From NCBI GenBank assembly GCA_041546605.1, contig JBFEWA010000001.1:1-37671 (forward strand): DNA of 37,671 bases, in the 5' to 3' direction. The stretch is from Bermanella sp. (GTDB lineage Bacteria > Pseudomonadota > Gammaproteobacteria > Pseudomonadales > Oceanobacteraceae). Below are positions 30,263 through 37,671 of this stretch, piece after piece. The notes beneath the pieces are model-generated. The model was not told where the DNA came from. It did not search any database and worked only from the letters and a program-made list of their open reading frames with translations. How positions within the stretch are numbered: the first letter of the stretch is position 1; the number at the start of each line of letters is the position of its first letter. Made by a program: the position numbers and the translations under genes.

Positions 30263-32076
30263 TATTCACCCTGATAACGTTTAAACGTTAAAACAAACGA
30301 GGTATTTGCACAATTGCCGTCATATTCAATTTTGGCATTATGATCTTTTAATATACCCACCACGATAGATAACCCCAAACCCGTGCCTTCACCCACTTTT
30401 TTGGTGGTATAAAAGGGAGAAAAAATATAATCCAAATCTTCTTTTTTGATCCCTTTACCTGAATCTGTCACCCTAACCTTAATTTCTTCGCCATTCTCTT
30501 CTAACTCAATGCTCAGCCATCTTTCTGGTAAAACCTTGATGGCATCCAATGCGTTATTAATAAGATTCAAGAACACCTGTTCAATCTCAATGGCATTGCC
30601 TAATATGGCCACTTCAGAATCACTTTTGTATCTCAGGTCAACCATGCATCGCTTCAATCTGGGCTGTGTCAGTAAATTCGCATCCTTGATGACATCGTTT
30701 AATATGATTTTTTCTTGTTTACGCTCGCCTTCTTCTCGAGAGAAACGCTTCAAGCTATTGACGATATGTGAAATGCGCTTGCAAGACTTGTGTATGACTT
30801 CGATTTTGGCTTGCACATCCGATGGCTGAGCATTATTTCGCAGCAATAACTCAGAGTAGCCCGAAATAATTCCAAGGGGGTTATTTATTTCATGGGCCAT
30901 ACTGGCCGCTAATTCACCGAGAGATGCTAACTTGGCGCTTTGTATGCTTTTCTGCTTCTCTAGATTGTATTGGTACTCAGTCTCTTTTCGGACACGAATA
31001 TCTTGAATGGTACCGGATATGGTTTTGATTCTTCCGTTTTCATAATTTGCTTTGCCGTTAGTGTAAACCCAGAACTTATTCCCTCTTGGTGTGTTGGTCA
31101 GCAGCTCCAGCTCATATGGCTTACCTTCTTCTATACACAATTTTACGGCTTGATCCACAAGCTTTGCGTGCTCAGGAATAAATAAGTTAATCCCTTCTTC
31201 TAGTAACGGCGTGCCACTATCTTGTTCTTCCACTTCTAAAATTCGGAAGGTTTCATCTGTCCATGTCAATAAACCACTATCAACATTCAACTCCCATCCA
31301 CCCACTTTTGCGCTAGAGCTAGTATCGTTTAAAAATTCTAGGGTTTTCGCCAATTTTTGCTGATGCTCGACCTGATCCGTAATATCTTGTCGCAGAGCAA
31401 GATAGCCTTCTATACTACCCTCACTATTGGTGATGGGGGCAATGGTGGTTCTAACATGATATAGGTCACCATTTTTCTTTTTATTAGTAATATCGCCAGA
31501 CCAAATTTTATTATTTTTAATCGACTGCCACATCTCTTTAAAAAACTCAGGAGTATGCACGCCAGAGTTGACTAAACGATGAGTGTTACCAATTAATTCT
31601 TCTTCAGAATATCCACTGATTTCGCAAAAATTATGATTGGCCCGAATAATCACACCGTCATTGTCTGTTTCCACCAATATGAACTTTTCATTAATCGCTT
31701 CTTCTATTTGCTTTAACTTACGAGCTTGGTTGGATTGCTCAGTAACATCACGGGCTGAACCAAAAATATGGCCACTTTCAGGATCGAACCCAGCACTCCA
31801 TGACAACATCACATAAGAGCCAGATTTTGTTAGATATTGATTTTGAAAATCAACCGTTGCTCCACCTCGCGTGATTTTATGAATTTCCTTAAAGGTACTT
31901 TCAATATCATGTGGATGAACCAATGCTTCAAATAACGCCCCTATTAGCTCAGTTTTTGAATACCCCAACACATCAGTAAATGCATCATTCACCTCGATAA
32001 AGCGCCCATCCAGACCGACGATGCACAACAAATCCTGAGAATGTTCAAAAAAGCGTTTGTAATTGCGTTCTGGCAT
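30262..32076 (-). CDS. Cytoplasmic multi-PAS sensor histidine kinase
   Basis: Three PAS/PAC-like domains, SMAHEINNPL, NLINNA, DSGKG, FYTTK and GTGLGL; no TM. Confidence 0.93.
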   Translation of the reverse strand: MPERNYKRFFEHSQDLLCIVGLDGRFIEVNDAFTDVLGYSKTELIGALFEALVHPHDIESTFKEIHKITRGGATVDFQNQYLTKSGSYVMLSWSAGFDPESGHIFGSARDVTEQSNQARKLKQIEEAINEKFILVETDNDGVIIRANHNFCEISGYSEEELIGNTHRLVNSGVHTPEFFKEMWQSIKNNKIWSGDITNKKKNGDLYHVRTTIAPITNSEGSIEGYLALRQDITDQVEHQQKLAKTLEFLNDTSSSAKVGGWELNVDSGLLTWTDETFRILEVEEQDSGTPLLEEGINLFIPEHAKLVDQAVKLCIEEGKPYELELLTNTPRGNKFWVYTNGKANYENGRIKTISGTIQDIRVRKETEYQYNLEKQKSIQSAKLASLGELAASMAHEINNPLGIISGYSELLLRNNAQPSDVQAKIEVIHKSCKRISHIVNSLKRFSREEGERKQEKIILNDVIKDANLLTQPRLKRCMVDLRYKSDSEVAILGNAIEIEQVFLNLINNALDAIKVLPERWLSIELEENGEEIKVRVTDSGKGIKKEDLDYIFSPFYTTKKVGEGTGLGLSIVVGILKDHNAKIEYDGNCANTSFVLTFKRYQGE

Positions 32077-32294
32077 GTAGATCTACACGTTTAACCACCT
32101 CTAAATAGTGTAGATCAATTCTCTTTTTATTGAATAACGCCCGAAACTAGACATAACACGCCCTAATCGTGGATTTTGCACACATTTCTGGGCAAATAGG
32201 GCGCTCTACAAGGCCTTAGGCTTTGATTGGTGGGTAGTGGACTAAGTGACGGAGTTATATGTATTTGAGGCCGCTATAACAGCCTGTTAAGACA

Positions 32295-32334
32295 ATATAG
32301 TTAAAGAAGACTATATATAGTTAAAGGAAACTAT
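32295..32334. repeat. 2 x 20-bp tandem repeat
   Basis: atatagttaaagaagactat / atatagttaaaggaaactat (2 mismatches). Confidence 0.8.
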
Positions 32335-32353
32335 GTATTGAAAGCATTGAACT

Positions 32354-32719
32354 TTAAAACACACCCAAGCTTCTATGTTTTGCTAAATATTTTTGATTGG
32401 GCAAATAACGTTTAGGGAAATTTATTTTTACACCCTCCTTGCTATTGAAATATGCATTTACGCTATCAGACGTGTAATGCTCCTTGATTTCCTTAGATAG
32501 GATCATTCGATAATCCTCATCCAGACTGATTAAATGATTATCAAACGCTGCGTCATAAGTAGCTGAAAGGTACAAACCATTCGTAGGGTCGAGTCGAATA
32601 TCAGGGGCACTGGCCCAAGAGACAATATGGCTTGCTCGATTAATTAGAGGGATATTTAATCCAGTTATACAGCAGGAGTGATCATATATTGTGAATAAAG
32701 AGCCTTGTTCATCCCGCAC
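32354..32719 (-). pseudogene. 5'-truncated HNH (restriction-type) endonuclease remnant
   Basis: YDHSCCITGL..ASHIVSW..RLDPTNGL..DAAFDNHLIS..YLAKHR; no clear RBS and an in-frame stop just upstream. Confidence 0.7.
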
Positions 32720-32752
32720 CCTGATCTTAAATATTCATACGGCCTATAAAAC

Positions 32753-32779
32753 AAAAAAACCCGCACTTAGCGGGTTTTT
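32753..32779 (-). terminator. Rho-independent terminator after the cold-shock gene
   Basis: aaaaaaacccgc-actta-gcgggttttt. Confidence 0.85.
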
Positions 32780-32800
32780 CAATCGTATGGTCAGCTCTAA

Positions 32801-33304
32801 TTAGCGAACAACCGATACGTCTTCTGCTTGTAGCCCTTTTTGACCATCTACCACACTAAACTTAACCGCTTGGCCTTCGCTTAGTGAACGGTGGCCACTG
32901 CCGCGAATGCTGCGGAAGTGTACGAATACGTCATCGCCATTGTCACGGGTTACAAAACCGAAACCTTTCTTAACATTAAACCACTTAACCACACCGCGCT
33001 CACGGCCGTCATCCACATCAGATTCAACCAAAGTGCCAGTGCCACGACGCTTGAATTGAGGTTGGCTAAATGCACTTGCTACAATGAATAACACAACAAA
33101 CGCAACAAATACCGCTGCTAAATACGCTAAAACCGCGCCTTCTTGTTGTAAAAATAGAGAAATACCGCCTTGTTCTGCAACAGGTTGAGCGAATGTGAAG
33201 ATCGCGCTGCCACCAGCCACGGAGAAGAGTGCTGCCATTAATGCAGGTGTTGGAAACGCCAGCAGCACACAGACCAATGCTTTCTTAAACAATGTATTTT
33301 GCAT
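32801..33304 (-). CDS. Membrane-anchored cold-shock domain protein
   Basis: Two N-terminal TMs; [15 protein letters not shown] (RNP1), DVFVHF (RNP2) and KGLQAEDV. Confidence 0.92.
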   Translation of the reverse strand: MQNTLFKKALVCVLLAFPTPALMAALFSVAGGSAIFTFAQPVAEQGGISLFLQQEGAVLAYLAAVFVAFVVLFIVASAFSQPQFKRRGTGTLVESDVDDGRERGVVKWFNVKKGFGFVTRDNGDDVFVHFRSIRGSGHRSLSEGQAVKFSVVDGQKGLQAEDVSVVR

Positions 33305-33419
33305 CTTAAAACCTTCTTTCTTACGTAATTTGTCAGTTGTTGCACTTGCTTGGTGTACAATTCAGGCAAGCCTGTGTATCTAATATGAATTAGCATTAAA
33401 AATCAACACGATAGAACTT

Positions 33420-33635
33420 ATGACTCAAAGCGACCAAGATCAAATTGAAGACCTGCAAATCCGTATTGCATTCTTAGAACAAAACCTCGATGAGCTTAAT
33501 GATGTGGTGACACAGCAGCAGGCTCAAATCAGCTTGATGGAGCGTGCTCTTAAGCACTTAAACAGCCGACTTGAGCAAATGTCACCGGCAAATATCAAGA
33601 GCGCCGAAGACGAGACGCCACCGCCTCACTATTGA
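33420..33635 (+). CDS. slyX: SlyX family protein
   Basis: IEDLQIRIAFLEQNLDELND...ETPPPHY. Confidence 0.93.
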   Translation: MTQSDQDQIEDLQIRIAFLEQNLDELNDVVTQQQAQISLMERALKHLNSRLEQMSPANIKSAEDETPPPHY

Positions 33636-33685
33636 TTGGTATCACTCGCAGGTGGGAATTCCTACGAGTTATATAGCCTATAACT

Positions 33686-33713
33686 AAAAAAGCCAGCTTA
33701 TTGCTGGCTTTTT
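33686..33713. terminator. Bidirectional Rho-independent terminator
   Basis: aaaaaagccagc-ttatt-gctggcttttt. Confidence 0.88.
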
Positions 33714-33762
33714 CACTGGCAGTTCCCCTTGCGGGTGCGAGCTCTCACCTGATAATAGCTGG

Positions 33763-34152
33763 TTAAGCGTTGGCTTTTGCTAATGCTTGCTCAATCCAAG
33801 CAAAGGCTTCGGCTTCATCACGGAAGGTGCGCATCTCGGCAATGGGGATGTCTTTGGTGGTTTGCCTTGCGGCAAACTCATGTAACGGATTAACCACCAC
33901 AAAACCGATGTAATCGCAGCCGTTCTTGGCGGACCAGTTAAACTGGGACCAGATGCGCTTTTGCACATCCGGCCCACCGGTTTCGTAATCATGGTAGATG
34001 TTCAGTATGCCCCAGGTCTGGCCTTTCAATGTGGCCGCCATTTGGGCGAAACGCGCCTCATACTCTGTGACCCCTTCCATATTGAACGCCCCTTTTGGGC
34101 GACATATGAAAAGGTTTCCTTGTAATTCCACGTCGTTTAAACCGTGTTGCAT
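33763..34152 (-). CDS. Hypothetical protein, STAS/SpoIIAA-like
   Basis: PKGAFN...; C-terminal FRDEAEAFAWI signature. Confidence 0.65.
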   Translation of the reverse strand: MQHGLNDVELQGNLFICRPKGAFNMEGVTEYEARFAQMAATLKGQTWGILNIYHDYETGGPDVQKRIWSQFNWSAKNGCDYIGFVVVNPLHEFAARQTTKDIPIAEMRTFRDEAEAFAWIEQALAKANA

Positions 34153-34186
34153 ACTGCTTTTCCTACTACTTTACTCTGGACTGCGC

Positions 34187-36016
34187 TTATTTTGCTTGAT
34201 GTTTGCGCAACCTCAATCTGGCTAGCAACAATAATAACAGGGTTAACAGCACAGGAATAAGCGCAATGTTCAGAACTTTTAACCAAGTCCCTAAGCCTTC
34301 TATATCTTTATCCAGCTCGTGACGCACGTCCCTCAGGGCTTTACGAATACGTAGCTTCTCTTGCTGGAAGCCATTTAACGTGGCTTCTTGCTCTGGGCTT
34401 AGGGTTAAACTGTCTTTATCGCGCTGCTGTTCAAGTTCCGCTAGACGTTGCTCGGTTTCTTGCAGCTGTTGCTGAAGCGCCTGTTCATTCTCGTGATACT
34501 TGCTTTGCGCCTGTTGCTGCAGATCTTGCACCACTTCGAATGGGCGGCTGAAGCGACCACGACTGCGAATGGTGATCAAATCATTACTGCCTAAAAATTG
34601 CTCAACCATGTTTTGCGCTAGGGCACCGTTATCGGCCCATGGGGTCACAATACGCTGACCGAAGAAGTTTTGTACCTGCACCCATAGACGGTCGGTTAAT
34701 ACATCGGTATCCGCAATCACCATCACATTGATGGTTTCGGCATTGGCGATGTACTCCCCTTTGCTTTCGCTGTCTTTCGGCTTGGCTTCAAACAAGCTGT
34801 TGGCTGGTCCACTGATGCGGGCACCCAAAACATAGCTTTCGCCGGTTGGGGCAAAATCCATCATTAATTGGGTTGGGTCTTTCATCAGGTTGTATTGGTT
34901 GATATCCACCAGCTGAGCCTCTGTGCTGGACCATACCAAAGCATCAAACGTAGTGGTGGCGTCGTCTTTCGGTGAAACAAAACCCGTGCTGGCAAAGTTC
35001 ACCACTTCTAATTCGCTACTGGCCACTTCATTTGGGTTTAAGCCATCCACTTGCACGCCCAGTAAACCTAAATGGCGCACCGGCGGTTGCCCTTGGCCCA
35101 TGGAAACGGTCAAACCGTATTGCGCATCGATGACCACTTTGCTGTCGTCATAGTTCACGCCCCATTGTTCAAGCAAGGGTTTTAGCGGATTCAAACCAAG
35201 GCTTTCATCTCCCATTGGGGTTTCTTGTTGGCTATCGGCTTTCGGGTCCACAAAGGCGATGAGTTTACCGCCGCCCATAACGAACTGATCAATGGCGTAT
35301 AAGCTGGTTTCATCTAAGGCGTCCGGTTGTACCACCACTAAGAGTTCGATTTCTGCTTCGATTTCTTCTGGTTGATCTTCTACCCAACGCACATCGTAAA
35401 GCTGATCTAACTGCTCAAACACAGCCCATGGAGGGGTGGTGCCACCGCGTTGCATATCAAAACCGCCACGCATATCTAGGCTGGTCATTAAGCCCACCAC
35501 TGGAATATGAGTTTGGCTTAAGCGATAAATCAACTCGCTGATTTCATATTCAATAAAAGGCTCTTTATCCGGCTGGAAGAAACCAATGATGGATTCATCC
35601 CCTTTGCTGTTGGTGGCTTGTAAGCCAAAGTAGATGTCATCCCCTGTGGCAATGGGCACCGCTTGCAAGCCAGCTTCTGCGGCGTTGTCTTCTGCTTCAG
35701 AGAAGGGCTCTGGGTCAATCACGTTCAGGCTGAGTTTACCGCCAGACAACAACACATACTCTTGCAGCAGTTCTTCAACGCGCTGCGCATAGCTGCGCAA
35801 TGAGGTTAAATCCTTGCTGGCTTTATCGGAGAAATACAAATTCAGGCTCACCTCTTGTTCAAGGTTGGCCATGATGTTTTTCGTGCCTTGAGACAGGCTA
35901 TAAATATTTTGCTCGGTTAAATCCAAGCGGGCGCCTTTAAACACCCATTGGCTGATCATAAGAACCAGCACAAAACCCACAGGGGCTAATACAAACTTCA
36001 TCACGGATGATTTCAT
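34187..36016 (-). CDS. GldG-family ABC transporter auxiliary component
   Basis: RLDLTEQNIYSLSQGT, IDPEPFSEAED, YAIDQFVMGGG, IADTD and IRSRG; N- and C-terminal TMs. Confidence 0.88.
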   Translation of the reverse strand: MKSSVMKFVLAPVGFVLVLMISQWVFKGARLDLTEQNIYSLSQGTKNIMANLEQEVSLNLYFSDKASKDLTSLRSYAQRVEELLQEYVLLSGGKLSLNVIDPEPFSEAEDNAAEAGLQAVPIATGDDIYFGLQATNSKGDESIIGFFQPDKEPFIEYEISELIYRLSQTHIPVVGLMTSLDMRGGFDMQRGGTTPPWAVFEQLDQLYDVRWVEDQPEEIEAEIELLVVVQPDALDETSLYAIDQFVMGGGKLIAFVDPKADSQQETPMGDESLGLNPLKPLLEQWGVNYDDSKVVIDAQYGLTVSMGQGQPPVRHLGLLGVQVDGLNPNEVASSELEVVNFASTGFVSPKDDATTTFDALVWSSTEAQLVDINQYNLMKDPTQLMMDFAPTGESYVLGARISGPANSLFEAKPKDSESKGEYIANAETINVMVIADTDVLTDRLWVQVQNFFGQRIVTPWADNGALAQNMVEQFLGSNDLITIRSRGRFSRPFEVVQDLQQQAQSKYHENEQALQQQLQETEQRLAELEQQRDKDSLTLSPEQEATLNGFQQEKLRIRKALRDVRHELDKDIEGLGTWLKVLNIALIPVLLTLLLLLLARLRLRKHQAK

Positions 36017-36031
36017 TACGCTCTCCTTTAA

Positions 36032-36775
36032 TTAGTGGGCTTTATTACGTTGTAAGACGGCTTGGGTGAGATACAACCACACCGCAATCATGGCTAAAAA
36101 GTAACTGATGTCACGTAAATCCAACACGCCACGAGCAATGGCATCAAAGCGCGTTAAAAAGCTTAAACCCGCAATGAAATCAATCATCCCTTGTGGAGCC
36201 CACGCAAAGCTATCCAACACCATAGGCACGCCGCTCACCATAAAGATGAAACACACCACCACTGTCGTGATAAACGCCACGATTTGGTTTTTACTGCACA
36301 CCGACATACAGCTACCAATGGCAAGAAAACCACCCGCCATTAACCAAGAGCCCACATAACCGGCGAGAATCACGCCGTTATCCGGGTCACCCAAATACGC
36401 CACCGTAATCCACATAGGAAAGGTTAAAACCAAGGCAATGCCCGCAAATACCCAAGCGGCTAAAAACTTACCGATAACGGCATTGGTTTGGCCGATGGGT
36501 AACGTCATCAGCAGTTCAATGGTGCCCATTTGGCGCTCAGGAGCCCATAACCCCATGGCAATGGCAGGCATAAAGAACAGGTACAACCAAGGGTGGAAAT
36601 TAAAAAACGCACTCAAGTCCGCTTGGCCTTTTTCATAAAAGTGTCCAAGGTAAAAACTGAATACGCCGGCTAACACCAAAAACATTAAAATAAACACATA
36701 AGCAATTGGCGTTGCGAAATAACTGTACAGCTGACGCTGCATCACGATTTTGATCATATTGGCATTCATCGTCAT
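36032..36775 (-). CDS. GldF-like ABC-2 permease
   Basis: SYFATPIAYVF, ERQMGTIELLMTLP, GKFLA, NQIVAF and RGVLDLRD. Confidence 0.9.
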   Translation of the reverse strand: MTMNANMIKIVMQRQLYSYFATPIAYVFILMFLVLAGVFSFYLGHFYEKGQADLSAFFNFHPWLYLFFMPAIAMGLWAPERQMGTIELLMTLPIGQTNAVIGKFLAAWVFAGIALVLTFPMWITVAYLGDPDNGVILAGYVGSWLMAGGFLAIGSCMSVCSKNQIVAFITTVVVCFIFMVSGVPMVLDSFAWAPQGMIDFIAGLSFLTRFDAIARGVLDLRDISYFLAMIAVWLYLTQAVLQRNKAH

Positions 36776-36783
36776 CACCTTCC

Positions 36784-37671
36784 TTATACTGCCTGCGCGC
36801 GCGTCACTTGACGGAACACATCATCAAGACGACCTTTTTCAAGATGAATATTTTCCACTTCCCACTGTTTGTCATCTAACCAGCGCACCACCTCAGGCAG
36901 CAGCATTTGGCCGTTTTGAGGGAACAGCATGAAACTACGATCTGCCAAGGCTTCCACGCTTTCAATGTTTGCAATGCCTGCTAAAGCGGTTTCGGCGCCT
37001 TCTTGCTCTTGAGCTAATTGCAGACAAATGGCGTTGTGGTGACGGGATTGACGCTCAAGCTCGTCTGGTTTGCCGTCTAGCAGTAATTTTCCTTCACTGA
37101 TAATCAGTGCACGGGAGCAAACCGCACTCACTTCTTCGAGAATATGGGTGGAAATAATCACAATTTTGTCTTGAGCCAAACCTTTGATCAGCTCACGCAC
37201 TTGGTGCTTTTGGTTGGGATCTAAACCATCTGTGGGTTCATCCAAAATCAGCACTTTAGGGTCATGCATAATAGCCTGGGCCAACCCCACACGACGGGCA
37301 AAGCCCTTAGATAGGGTTTCGATAGGCTTATCTAACACGGATGCCAGTTCCACTTGTGCGATGACACTGGCCAGACGTTCTTCTCGCAATGTGCCTTTTA
37401 GGCCACGCACATCGGCAATAAACTGTAAAAACGCCAATACGGTCATTTCGCCGTAGGCTGGCGCCCCTTCAGGCAAGTAACCCATAATGCTCTGTGCGGC
37501 CATAGGATCGTCTGCCACATTAATGTCACACACGCTCACTTGACCCGATGTCGGCTCAATGAATCCGGTGATCATTTTCATAGTGGTGGATTTACCCGCC
37601 CCGTTGGGCCCAAGGAAACCCAACACTTCACCAGGAGCCACATCAAAACTTAACTGATTGACAGCGGTAAA
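36784..37671 (-). CDS. GldA-like ABC transporter ATP-binding protein (5' end outside the window)
   Basis: GPNGAGKST, LSKG signature, LDEPT and STH; the frame stays open to the window end (FTAVNQLSFDV...). Confidence 0.93.
   Translation of the reverse strand, partial: FTAVNQLSFDVAPGEVLGFLGPNGAGKSTTMKMITGFIEPTSGQVSVCDINVADDPMAAQSIMGYLPEGAPAYGEMTVLAFLQFIADVRGLKGTLREERLASVIAQVELASVLDKPIETLSKGFARRVGLAQAIMHDPKVLILDEPTDGLDPNQKHQVRELIKGLAQDKIVIISTHILEEVSAVCSRALIISEGKLLLDGKPDELERQSRHHNAICLQLAQEQEGAETALAGIANIESVEALADRSFMLFPQNGQMLLPEVVRWLDDKQWEVENIHLEKGRLDDVFRQVTRAQAV

Noticed and set aside
32295-32334. CRISPR mini-array
   Set aside because: Two directly adjacent copies with no spacer and no cas genes

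Overview
Chromosomal window from a marine-type Gammaproteobacterium (gene content suggests Oceanospirillales/Pseudomonadales; inference only). The housekeeping backbone comprises aspS, an HU-family protein, a HIT protein, dapC-yffB-dapD...dapE-rlmA, fabR, trmJ, SPFH/NfeD, a membrane cold-shock protein, slyX and a GldA/F/G-like ABC exporter running off the right edge. Interspersed are a sigma54/NtrC-type nitrate ABC uptake operon and many unusual signalling genes: an Hpt-HD-GYP fusion, an orphan hybrid kinase, a PilS-like kinase whose phospho-His is replaced by Arg, and an AT-rich block (about 26.8-32.7 kb) with a large repeat lipoprotein, a PAS kinase/REC/REC-coiled-coil operon and a truncated HNH nuclease. 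The best candidates for undescribed biology are a self-contained two-gene operon (coiled-coil multi-pass membrane protein plus MIDAS vWA lipoprotein), the PilS-like pseudokinase, the Hpt-HD-GYP fusion, and a long structured aspS leader. No rRNA, tRNA, CRISPR array, integrase or transposase was seen. All calls come from motif reading; no database searches were run.
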